A DNA stretch of 31,983 nt from Vitrella brassicaformis CCMP3155 (taxonomy: Eukaryota > Protista > Chromerida): positions 1 through 31,983 of the forward strand of contig CDMY01000675.1 of assembly GCA_001179505.1 (NCBI GenBank). Direction: 5' to 3'. The notes beneath the pieces were generated by a model. The model was not told the origin of the DNA, ran no database searches, and saw only the letters and a program-made list of their open reading frames with translations. Of this stretch, positions 21,214 to 31,983 are shown piece after piece. Position numbers and translations under genes: made by a program. The stretch's first letter is position 1. Every line of letters starts with the position of its first letter.

Positions 21214-21836
21214 CGCCTCACGGCTGCGAAGACCAACACGCACACACAGATTGCAGACTGGTCCACGGCTGCTCTCTGCCGTTCTTCTGACCTGGCGAGT
21301 ACTCGGCTTCCCTTCACTTTGGTCCCGCTGACGCGCTGCTGTCCGGTGCAGATCTCACAGCTCACCTGCAGGATCGAAGACACCACGAAATGAGATAGAT
21401 CAGGGCTGCACGTGATGCCTTCTGGTCCCCGCGCCAAACAAACGCTCACTCACTGACAGAGATCTCCTCCGCAGCCCGCGAGATGGACCGCAGCAGGCGA
21501 GGCACTCAACGCCAAAAGAGAATACAACACGCCTCTGCAAAGGTCTCTCGGCTCACGGGAAGGGCATCTTCATCGCCTGGCATTAAAAAGTTTCTCATCT
21601 TCCAGCTCGCGCCGATTCGATCGTTCCTGACAGCCTGTTTCAGCGATTGTGACGCCTTCCAGAGGGCAGCAGGAGCCCCATCAGACATAAACTGATGGTT
21701 GGAACTCATCGCTGAGGCCCATCGCACGGCACCGTGGCGGCTGTCACGGTGAGGCCAGCAGTACGATAAACGAGCGGCAATGCCGGATGACTGATCAATC
21801 AAGAGGTGTTCTGTGTTCGGTTGGTCTGACTGACAG

Positions 21837-23098
21837 GTCAGTAGCATGAAATGGCCGCAGCGGAGAGGTACGCCCGACTCGCACACAGCAACAGACAACA
21901 GATGCACTTCGAGGTGTGCTGTGCTGTCTGTCATGTGTTGCAGCCGTGTTGGTGGACGGGATGGTCAAGAGAGCAGCGTCGATGGGCTGCCGCGACGCGA
22001 CCCTCATGCGGGCGGTGCGGCTGCTGGACGTGTGCCGCGCCGACAAACTCATCGACACGAACAACGCCACACAGGCAAAGAGATCTGAATGACAGACAGT
22101 GAGTGAGGACTGATGGGATGTGTGTGTCACTTGGCTGGGTGCTGACACACAGGTAGCAGATGCGTGTGTGGCCGCCTGCGTCGAGCGGCTGGAGCCATAC
22201 CTGCTGATGGACGACATGCCGGATGACCCCACACACACTCAGGCACACAGACACAGACACGCACACGACGCACACCTGTGCAGCGCCGACCTGTCTGTCT
22301 GGCTGGCTGGCTCCCTGTGTGCAGGTGGTGTGTCGTGCGGCGGCTGATAGTTCTTTGTGCGGCATTGGGTGTCTGGAGAAGCTGTTCACTGCGGCCGGCA
22401 TGGACACCCACGGACGACTGTTCTCATTCGCCAAACACCTCATGGTCAGTCTGTCCGCCAGCCACACACAGACACCTCCAGCTCTCGAATGGCTTTTCCC
22501 TGCCTGCCTGTCTGTCTGTCTGTCTGTCTGTGCAGTTCTTGTCGATGTGTGACGTCGAGTTGGCCGGGTGCGATGTCCGCCTGCTGGCCGCCACGGCCGT
22601 CTACGTCACACGCAAGACCAACCAGAAGCAGATAGCGGGCGGCATATGGGTGGGCCAAAGCGGCACGTGTGTCCTGGCCTATCTATGGCCTGTGTGGCTT
22701 TGTGAGTCCGATTGTCCATTGTCAGAGTGCGCCCCTTGTGAGTGAGAGTTCGGTTAGCCAGTCGGCATTGGAGTCGAGCATGACGACGTTGAGGATGCAG
22801 CGGCTCATGTGGGGCGATACACAGACCACCAAAGGGGTGAGCATGTCAGAAGACCAGTAAAATCGCCAACACAGCACCGTGTTGATGTCATTGTGTGTCG
22901 TTTGTGTGGTGTGTGCAGATACTGACCGATGCAGTAGACGAGCCGTTCGCCTCGCCCGACCGCCACCGCGTCGCATCGACCCGCAGCCTCACACAGCAAG
23001 AGCATGGAAGGATGGATGGCTGTCGTCGTTTGTCGGTCGGTCTTTTCTGTCACCGCAGCGCATTCCCTCGTCAGTCAGTCAGTCCACTGCTGCTCTGA
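21837..23098 (+). CDS. Divergent cyclin (N and C cyclin boxes); exons 21837-21867, 21944-22074, 22153-22242, 22325-22444, 22536-22649, 22726-22836, 22919-23098; 5' end unresolved
   Basis: Spliced product: MKWPQRRAVLVDGMV (MRAILVDW-like), TLMRAVRLLD, VADACVAACVERLE, FLSMCDVELAGCDVRLLAATAVYVTRK (Cyclin_C), W-SAPLVSES, AVDEPFASPDRHRVAS. All junctions are phase-consistent if 22075 and 22243 are GC donors. Confidence 0.78.
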
Positions 23099-23998
23099 CC
23101 TCGCCGCTCCTCAGGAGTAGCGGGGGATCGATGGGCAGCGGTGGACGGGCCGGGCGGGGCAATGCAATGCAATCAATGCATTGCATGTTGTGTTTGTTCG
23201 TTTCCTCCCCACACCGCCTCGAAACCAGTCAGCCCATTACTGCTTTTTCCTTCCTCTGGCCGCGCCCTTGGCGAGCTGAGGAGACGGGCAGGAGTGGACA
23301 CAAATCGGTCGGATGGAGGGAGGGAGGGTTGGGTGCCGTGTGTGTGGTGTCTGCCGTGGGGTTCATTTTGTCGTCGTCGGTCTATCGGTTCGTTTCTCCG
23401 TCTCATGTTTTCCATTGACTGGGGGGGCAGGGGAAGTCAGCGTCGGTGTTTCTTTGACCTTTTGTCGACTGTGTGTAAGTGTGTTGGGGGGGACTCAGGG
23501 GATGGCTGGCGTGTCAGTACTGACCCGTCCTCTTTTTGTGCGTGGGATGTCAAGGGGAGCATCACCACGTGGGACAGCCAGCCCATCGACCACCCAATTA
23601 GGTACTCAGCCTGTCTGTCTGCCTGTCTGTCTTGCTCTCACCTCGCCCCCCACACCCACACATAGCCAAGCCCTCTGATTGATACAGAGCCAGGCCAAGC
23701 CAAGTTGAGCTGTTTCCGTGTGCATGCCGTCTGTGTGTGGGTGTGTGCGCCAAGCACCCACCCTCCCACACTACTCGCTCTCAGACAGACAGATCAAGGG
23801 GGCGGTGTAGTCTCTATCTACTGCTGCGTCCGCTGTGTGTGTGTGCGTACTGTCTGTCTGTCTGTCTGTCTGTGGCAGAGTGTGTGTGTGCGAGTGACGT
23901 GTGCGCGCAATGATGGCGGTTTGCGAGAGCGAGGCGGATGATATGCATACGGGTCTGTCTGATGGCCGGTGTAGACACCACAGACATACAATGATATC

Positions 23999-24640
23999 TT
24001 AGATGGGATCCCTCACAGCCATGGGATGGGCAGGGCTGTGGATGCGATGTGTGCGGCTCAGCGTGGTTGATGGAGTGAACTGGTCAACATGAATCGATGG
24101 ACAGATGGCAGACTGATCAGACAAAGGAAATTGCGACCAGCACACATCCGCGAGCTTAAAGGCTGAGCGGCTGCCGATCTCCTGTTCTTTTTGGCGACTG
24201 TAGGGCTGCGCGGAGTGCCTGTGTGGTGCACCAAGGGCTGCCGAGATGATATCGATCAGCAGGCGAGTCGTCATCTCCCGGCTGGCGGCACTGATCTGAC
24301 CTCACCTGACAAAGTGAGACTGTGAGAGGGACAGAAAAGGCATTAGCGACGGCATTGCATGTGTTCTCTGTGTGTGGCTGTGTGACAGGGCTGTGCCGTG
24401 GACTGTAGGTGCTGACGGTCGCTGCCTGCCGGCTCAAGCTGTGCGTTGAATCCAGCAGCCGTGGCAGGTTGATTGCCTCTTCCTCACGCTGAGTGAGAGC
24501 GGCGTCTGTCCATCAACGGTCAGACCAGCCATAGCAGTCCGGGTGTGAGGGAGATCATGCCGTCGTATTGGTACTGGCGGCATGTGGCTGAGGATGGCGT
24601 CTGGCGCTGGCCGGTTGTCAGACACGAGGTCAGCTGAATG
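23999..24640 (-). pseudogene. Degraded coding fragments of a lineage-specific expanded family
   Basis: Protein-like pieces in alternating frames (DNRPAPDAILSHMPP / YQYDGMISLTPGLLWLV / NLPRLLDSTHSLSRQ / LLIDIISAALGAPHRHSAQPYSRQKEQEIGSRSAFKLADVCW) broken by stops. Family resemblance is from recall only. Confidence 0.35.
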
Positions 24641-24722
24641 GATGATGACAGCACTCGAGAGGCGGCTCCCTTGATGCAGCCGCCGCAACGACCGTTTCTT
24701 TCTCTCCTTGGTCTGTGTGCAG

Positions 24723-25075
24723 GTGAGGATTGCTGTGGTTCCCGCTGCTCACGAGGGCTGGTCCTACCGACTCACTCACGAGAGCGGACAGCCACCCACC
24801 ACACACGACAAACAGGTCGGTGGCAGAGACGACACACCTGGCTGCATTCCCATCCCCTCTGTGTGTGCTGTCAGCCATGGCATCGTCTGTCCCGCGATGA
24901 ACTCGTGTGCATCTTCGGCTACCTGTACCCGTGGGAGCTCGAGCGGCTGGACGCCTCGCTGGGCGCCCCGCTGTTTCTCCTCGCCGCCGCCCACTACTCA
25001 CACCTTTCCATCGATGCATCCGATGCCGAGGCCGCTCGCCAGTGGGCGGCCATGCGTCACCGTCACCAAGCAGGG
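24723..25075 (+). pseudogene. Truncated F-box-like gene; exons 24723-24815 and 24875-about 25075
   Basis: GT-AG intron 24816-24874 (phase 0) joins VRIAVVPAAHEGWSYRLTHES.. to PWHRLSRDELVCIFGYLYPWEL (F-box-like LSxDxLxxIFxYL). The frame then runs into GT-rich non-coding sequence. Confidence 0.6.
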
Positions 25076-26220
25076 CGACCTCCCCTGTCTGAGAGGGAGA
25101 GAGGGCGGCATTTATCGCCGCTCTCCTCCATGTGCACTGGCTGGGGCAGCAGCGGGCGTGTGGCTGGCCGTCGTGGTAGGGTGCGTTCGGTATTCTTTAT
25201 GTGCGTGTGTTGTGTGTCTGGATGGATGAATGGTCAGTGTACTGGCAGTTTCTTCAGTACCGTAGCGCAGGCACCCACTCACTGGTGTGTGTAGTTCGCT
25301 GGATGGCTTTCCTTCGCAAAGGTCACAGGTAGGGAGATTGACGCGGCATTGGTTGCCTGTAGATTCCGTGAGCACAGACAGACAGGCAGGAGAGAGAGAG
25401 GTGTGCACTCATTCACTGGCAAGTCTGTCTGCCCGTCTGCCCTCTCGTCTGTCTGCCTGGTGTGTGTGCGGCAGCTTGCTGTGCTGAACCGCACACAACG
25501 TGTCGTCTTTCTGTGGTCGACGAAGGGCGAATGGGTGCAGGTGAGTACAAGTGGATGGATGGATGGTAGTAGGTGGCCAGTTTCCCTTCGCAAAGGTCAC
25601 AGGTAGACTGACTGACTGACTGACTGACTGACAGGCATGCAGCAAGTAGTGTGCGGCATTTTATGTGTCTTACCTGTCTGCTTGGGCGAGGCCATTTGTT
25701 CTGGTTGCTGCTTCACGTGGGCACAGGCAGATAGACAGGCAGAGGTGTACCAATCAATGAACTGAACCACACGTACATCCATCTCATGTCATGTGTGTCA
25801 CGTGTGTTGTCGATGGGGGGCAATGCAGCCAGACAGACAGACAGACAGGGTAGGAGGAGAGAGAGGGACTCATCCAACAGGCAGCTGCAACTGTAGAGAG
25901 AGATAGAGGTGACTTGCTGTCTGTGCGGACAAACAGTGGAAGTGTCATTACATGGTGATGGCTGGGCGGCCACGGACCCGCTGGTCTGTTCAACACCGAT
26001 AGATTATCCACACAAAGCCCCACAAAGGCGCCCTGACAGCCCATCGTCACCACCAAAGTCAATTGAGATCTCCGCCCCCTCAGTGCATCTGAGTGATATT
26101 TGTCCTCTGAAGGGTCTGTTTTGCTCATCAAGTGTGCTCGTCAGACAAGGGGCGGGGAAATCGCCACAAAAAATGTGCGAGCTGGATCGCCTCCCTTCGA
26201 AGAGAAAGAGAGAGATAGAA

Positions 26221-28956
26221 ATGGCGCCGCCGTGCGTCGCCTGGCATCCAGCACAGATGCCCTGTCATCCTCATTATTACTATCCGCCTGGACGGTCGGC
26301 ACTTCCTCTCCTCAACACGCCGGCGTCCTATGGCTACGACGAGGGGCTGTCGCGGCACTACTATCCCGTCCCCGCCACCGCGCCCGACGCCCCTGAGGGC
26401 CAGCAAACTGAGATGTGCGCCCCCTGTGAGGCTGTGGTCAACGCCGCCCGCGCTATGGACCAATGGATCCGAGAGCAAGTCGCGAAGATCGGCGACTCGC
26501 TGCGGCAGTGCGGGTGCTGCCTCGTCAGCGGACCAGAGAGCCAAGAGGCTCAGCGGCCGAGCGGTCCCTCGGCCGACGACCAGCTGACAGGCACCTCGCC
26601 GACCACACCTCACTGGGGGAACGCTGCACACCCCCGGGCTCTGCAGCAGCGCGACGGCCCTCCTGCTGCATCCTACCCCCTTCCCCATCCCCTTCCCCAC
26701 CCCCACCATATGGAGTTTGTGGCTGCGCACTCGCGCCCGGCCCCGCTGCGGCCCATCTACCCGGCTACGGCCACCCCACCACTGATGGGACCGCAGCACC
26801 AGCAGGCTCCCCGCACGATGTCCGCCGCACCACGGCCACGGCCACCTATTTACCCCTGCGGACCGGGGCCTGCTGTAATCGTTGCTGGGCCGCTTAACGG
26901 CGGTCTTCAGCCGGGAGAGGGAGGGGTACATGTGCATGTGCATGATTCATCCAGCCAGCAGCCCACCAGCCACCACCACGAGGCTGCTCCAGCCATGCCG
27001 CCCACTAGAGAGGAGGACCACCACGGGCAGGCCACGACGACAGAGGAGGACAAGGTCGAGAGGGAGGAGGAGAGGGAGGATGCTGACGTAGCTGTTGCTG
27101 TTGACGAGAGTGTCCCCCGGCCAGCCGAGGAGGCACCACATGATAGTCTGCATGAGGAGGGCGTGTCTGCTGCGCCCGACTGTGACCAGGAGATGTCTAG
27201 CGGGTGAGGCCACACGCAGAGAGTGACACGTTGACCACAAGACGCATCTCATCTGTTCTGTCTGTGCGTTTGTTGTTTCCCTTCATCCTCAGATTGTCGA
27301 TTGTTGACCTGCATAGCGAAGCCGCCCAGCCCACACCAGCCGCTGCACCTTCAGCACCACTCTCTCCCTCTCCCGCCCCCCACTACACAATGGTGCACAG
27401 CGGCCAGGCTGCGGACTGCCTACACCAGCGCGACTCAATCTCGTTTGCACACATCCAGGAAGGCAGCCGCAGCCTCTTGTGCGTGCGCAAGACCACCGCC
27501 ACAACCAGACAGCGCACCGAGCCGCCCCAGCTCTACCTACTCTCCCACCACCATGCCACCCGCACCAGACGCCCCGCCGACCAGCTCCCTGACGCCGACC
27601 CATCGGCCGCCCACGGCAAGGGGATTATCCCCCCCATCCTGTGGCCGGTCGTCAAGGAGGCGCTCGGGGGCGAGTACGGGCNNNNNNNNNNNNNNNNNNN
27701 NNNNNNNNNNNNNNNNNNNNNNNNNNNNNNNNNNNNNNNNNNNNNNNNNNNNNNNNNNNNNNNNNNNNNNNNNNNNNNNNNNNNNNNNNNNNNNNNNNNN
27801 NNNNNNNNNNNNNNNNNNNNNNNNNNNNNNNNNNNNNNNNNNNNNNNNNNNNNNNNNNNNNNNNNNNNNNNNNNNNNNNNNNNNNNNNNNNNNNNNNNNN
27901 NNNNNNNNNNNNNNNNNNNNNNNNNNNNNNNNNNNNNNNNNNNNNNNNNNNNNNNNNNNNNNNNNNNNNNNNNNNNNNNNNCGCATCGATGCAGCCGGCA
28001 AGAAGAGGGGCAACATTGTCACGGGCGGCTGCAAGCCCTCTGCCTCGCCCATGGAGCAGGCCGTCCTCAACGACCTGTCCTATGGCCGCCACGGGAGCGG
28101 CGGAGCCGCCGACAACCCCCAGACGGCCTACGTCGACCAGCTGTCGCCCCCCGGCCAGGCTCCTCCGTCTGTGGGGCAGTGGGCGCAGCGCTACCTCGAC
28201 TACCCCGGGTGGCAGCCATCGGACGACTACTGGAGCATGGGAGCCACAGCGCTCTCCATGCTCTCCCTGTCGTCCGATTGCACCGCCCACGACCTCAAGC
28301 CGCCATTCTTCATCATGAAGGCGATGATGAAATTCTTCATCATGAAGGCGATGATGAAGACCTACCAGGAGCTCGGGGACGCGAGCGACGACGAGTGGAC
28401 ACCCGGCAAGTGGCACATGCGCGCCGTGCAGCTCGCCAGCATCGTCGCCGACGCATGCGACGTTGGGCCGCGGCAGATGGAGGACGCCGACGGAGGGGGC
28501 CAATGGGAGGGCCAGGAGGGAGAGCAAGAGCAAGAGGACGAGCCTGACTCGGGTGAGGAGGTTGGAGCGGGGCAAGGGGAGGGCCAGGGGGAGCACGACG
28601 ACGAGCCTGAGGAGTACAAGTGGGTCAAGTCTGCTGTCAACCGCAACCTCTCGCGGTACCACTGGGTCGAGGACGACGTCAGGGAGGCCGTCTTTGGCCC
28701 ACTGCGTGCGGAGCAGCCATCGGCCAGCCTGCAGCCCACCCCCGCCGAGAGGGCCGCCGTCGAGGCGCTCCACAGCAAGAAGGGCGACAGTTTCACGCTC
28801 GACATTGCCGCCAAGACCATCCTGGCAGAGACCATCGTCAGCCCCAGCCCATACGAGCGCACGGTGGCGATGGCGGAGCGGGCGGTACGGATGCTGGTGT
28901 TGCTGGTGAAGCTGTGGGCTGGCGTGGTGTATCCCACCCAGGATGGCCTGCCATGA
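26221..28956 (+). CDS. Pseudokinase paralog, copy B; exon 1 26221-27203, exon 2 from 27293, gap hides exon 2 end, intron 2 and start of exon 3, last exon to 28956
   Basis: Open exon 1 (MAPPCVAWHP...DQEMSS), the same phase-2 intron (27204-27292), and an intact C-lobe SDDYWSMGATALSML...YPTQDGLP-stop. An in-frame ATG at 26173 is an alternative start. Confidence 0.8.
27682..27981. other. Assembly gap (300 N placeholder)
   Basis: The flanks map to 2821 and 3581 of copy A, implying a true size near 760 bp. Confidence 0.99.
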
Positions 28957-30164
28957 CGAGTGTCTGGGCTGGAGAGGGGGTGCTGTGTGTGTGTGTGTGA
29001 TTGTGTACAGTGTGTGTGTGTGTGTATTTTTGTGTCCCCCCGACTAACTGACTGAGTGAGTGGTCGACTGACTGTGGCTGGCATGGACATTCACGCTGGA
29101 TCGATGGATGGATTTTCTCGAGTATGTAATGGCGTACAGGACACTGACTGTGTGCGCTTCTTTTCTATGGACCGACGGACGGCTGCTGACTGAGAGCCTG
29201 TCGGTCTCTGCACACACACAGACACGACACACACGACACACACCTGGCTGCCCACTTACTTGTACAGTACCTGTGCATGTTGATTGTGTTGTTGGCTGGC
29301 CTGCTGATCGATCAGTCCACCTTACACTGATGACTGACTTGCAGAGAGACAGACAGCACTCACTCACTGACCGCCACCGACCATCGTACACACGCACCGC
29401 CACACCATACACACACAGGGACGGCCATTGCTTTGTGGTGGTTTTTGCGGCCGTCCAGCGCACTCACTCACTCGGTGCTTGCCACCTGCTCATAGGCAGG
29501 CGTGTGTCCATCCTGCACTCTCTGTGTGCCCACAGACTGTGCGCTTGTCGGCCCTTTGCCACCGTCAGGTTTCGTTTTTGGCCCGCCGAGCAGCTGCGGA
29601 TGGGTGGTTCCGCGATGACCACCCATCCCTCCCTCCCTCCCTCCCTCCCTCCACTGCACTGCGTGTAGGTGCAAGTGTACAGTCAGTCATTCGCTCATGC
29701 GGTCCGCTGGCTGACAGTGAGTCGAGTCGGCCGATGGGGCCCAGCTGGATGGATACGGACGGCCGTGCCTGCATGCCTGCCCGCTGTCAACACGTGTGGG
29801 ACTTCGCATGGCACTTGCAGGCAGGCCGGCAGGCAGGCAGGGGACACTAGTGTCAGGTTTCCCCACACAAATGGCACTCTCACATTAGTGTGTGGCCGCT
29901 GGATGGCTCGGCTTGTCATCTGTTTCGTGTGTTCTCTGCTCGGTGTCTGTGTACGTCTGTTCTCTGCATGTGTGTGTTTGCGGCGTGATGTTATTTCTCT
30001 GTGTCTGTCGACACAGCTCAGTGATCATCTGCTGGCAATGTCAGCCATTGCGAGTGTCCATTGACGCTGCCACGTCCCTTGTGCAGAGCCGAGAAGACAG
30101 CCAGCCATCCGTTTTGCCCTGTCCGTGTGAGTGTGGGCATGGGGTTGTATGGCCACGCATTCAG

Positions 30165-30265
30165 TCAGTCTGTTTGTCTGTATGTCTGTCTGTCTGTCTG
30201 TCTCTTTGTCTGTTTGTCTGTTTGTCTGTTTGTCTGTTGTCTGTTTGTCTGTCTGTCTGTCTGCC
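30165..30265. repeat. Imperfect (TCTG/TTTG)n microsatellite
   Basis: tctgtttgtctgtatgtctgtctgtctgtctg...tctgtctgtctgcctg. Confidence 0.9.
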
Positions 30266-30267
30266 TG

Positions 30268-30377
30268 TCGTCAAGCCAGTGCACACCCTGCTGCTGCCCG
30301 AGGAGGACCCGCCGTCACACATCGACTTCGACAAAATGAGCGGGGGATGGGGGCTGCTCGAGCTTCTCGCCATGAAG
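30268..30377 (+). pseudogene. Orphan exon-like fragment
   Basis: Reads VVKPVHTLLLPEEDPPSHIDFDKMSGGWGLLELLAMK followed by a gtcagc donor-like site, with coding-like codon usage; no partner exons found. Confidence 0.35.
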
Positions 30378-30709
30378 GTCAGCACCACGGCAGCTGGGCA
30401 ATGTCAGCAGAGGGTGCCTTCATTCGAGCATCTGTGTCTGTGTCTGGTTGTAGGTGAGGGCTGCTGCAAAGGAGCAATCGACGGAATTAGTGGGGTGGAA
30501 TGGCGGCGGCGAGGACGTGCCACCGTCAGGATAATATGAGGGTGTGCGTGGGCGGCTTGGTTGGCAGTTAGATCCTGTGTTTTGTGTGATTTGGGATTTG
30601 TGATTCCGTTGCGGTCTATCGCTCATATGTGTTTGTGGACCTGTACGTTTCATTCAAATCTCTCGTGCGGTCACCACAAGTCGTCATTCATTCATTCATT
30701 CATGAGTCA

Positions 30710-31983
30710 TCACAAGCCGTCGATCGTTCGTTTGGCCTTTGATGCATTCAACACATAATCAGTAGTCGGGTACTCCCTCAAAGCCTGGAGCACGGATGGC
30801 GAGAGGCCTGACAGAGGGACGGAATGCCATGCGTTACATTGTGCCTCGATTCAGTGTTCAACTGCCTGTGCTACATACCTAAGTAGATACTCCCCACATC
30901 AAGATGCTGGATGGCGGGAATCCAGTCTGCACTCTCGTCCAGACGGTGACGCAGGACCTCCCCATCTATCGCCGACAAGCACGCCTCCTGTAGCTGCTCC
31001 CCGCTCCCCATCGCCTCCAGCACACCCACCACATCACCCTCGGCCGCCATACTGCTGTCACCGCTGCTCAAGCTGCAGAGAGCCAGAGACGCCACCTTGC
31101 CGGCGAGCCTGCCAGTGAATGCCAGCTGCCGAGCTGCCTCACAACCGACTGGCCCCTCCGCTGTCAGCAGCATGCCCTCTGGGAAGGCGTCCTGTGGGAG
31201 CAGCTGCAGCGCAGACCACACAGGGGAGGTGGGAGGGTGCTGGGAGAGGTCGATGCTGCCAGATTTGATCTGCAGCTCCTTGACGTGTGGGAATCGGTGC
31301 ATATCGGCAAAGGCGGCCGGGTCGGTGGTGCCGCTGTGCTGGCCGTCAGTATCCTCCCACGGTCTGGGTGTGGTAGGCTCCCACTTGATGAGCGTGATGG
31401 CCCTGGCGATCTGGCCCATCTTGCCGATGACGAAGGGCGAGATGGCGCTGAGCTGACGAGGGCGTGGGCAGGGCCGAGTTCGATGCTGATGCCGTCGGCC
31501 GGGAAGGTCAGGTCGATGGTGCAGTTGGGCGCCGTGATCTTGCGAGCGGGCAGCTGGGATCTGAGGCCGTCGAGCTCCTGCAGGATGTGGAGCATCAGCG
31601 GGTACCAGTGGGGACGGGCTGCCTCGTCGGGGTCATGTGATCTCGCTTGCTGTGGGACACGAAACTCCAGACACTTCAGTGACCGACAGCCGCCCTTCAT
31701 CAGAATCCCGCGAAGCTCCTGAAAGCAAAAATGAATGGGCACCTTTGCGCTTTCATCCACCCGCCCACCCCCGACTCACATCGCAATCAAATTCATCCTC
31801 AGGCAACTCCACTTCCTCGATGCTCTCCAGCGGCTCCAGTGTGCCATTGGGCATCCCTCTGAGAAACTCCCTAAGTGTCCTGAGGGCGATGCCCCAGCCG
31901 GGTCTTCCGCTGATCTTCCGCAGACAGCCCGAAGACCGCACGAAGGCCGGTCTGCACCACGACCTGAACTGCACCTCCTCCAG
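30710..31983 (-). pseudogene. 3' part of a lineage-specific (LRR-like) family gene with a frameshift near 31440; exons >31983-31780, 31718-30879, 30807-30710
   Basis: GT-AG introns 31779-31719 (phase 0) and 30878-30808 (phase 1) are in phase. The coding frame switches between ...ISIELGPAHALVSSAPSRP and SPFVIGKMGQIARAIT with no intron-like sequence between them. Confidence 0.65.

Larger units (their letters stand above)
25020..30144. repeat. Segmental duplication, copy B (pairs with 1-7344)
   Basis: See copy A; similarity ends at gtgggcatgggg (30133-30144), just before a TCTG/TTTG microsatellite. Confidence 0.92.

Noticed and set aside
1-31983. Autonomous transposon, tRNA, rRNA or telomeric repeat
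   Set aside because: I saw no RT, integrase, DDE transposase or Rep/helicase motifs, no cloverleaf or rRNA-like sequence and no telomere arrays. This was by eye only; tRNAscan-SE/Infernal were not run.

Overview
Eukaryotic, GC-rich, intron-dense nuclear DNA from a draft scaffold with four uniform 300-N gaps. Short (about 55-130 nt) AC/GT-rich introns, TCTG/CCTG/GGAT microsatellites and the gene families present suggest the chromerid alveolate Vitrella brassicaformis or a relative (inference, not verified). Most entries in the ORF track are GC-rich antisense shadows or intron read-throughs. After manual splicing the window holds: (1) a segmental duplication (1-7344 vs 25020-30144) carrying a roughly 1,000-aa three-exon gene with a Pro/His/Glu-rich N-terminus and a heavily degenerate protein-kinase fold (probable pseudokinase), plus a third, chimeric 3' copy at 5239-6147; (2) a long multi-exon gene of unknown function (about 9159-13137) with at least one frameshift; (3) duplicated non-coding blocks at 13.2-19.6 kb; (4) an importin-alpha-like ARM-repeat pseudogene (minus strand); (5) a divergent two-box cyclin with two probable GC-AG introns; (6) several F-box-like and other lineage-specific gene fragments. 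The best candidates for new biology are the diversifying multi-copy pseudokinase family and a systematic AC-rich 5' / GT-rich 3' intron polarity that could fold introns into hairpins. I found no rRNA, tRNA, CRISPR array, transposase or reverse transcriptase.
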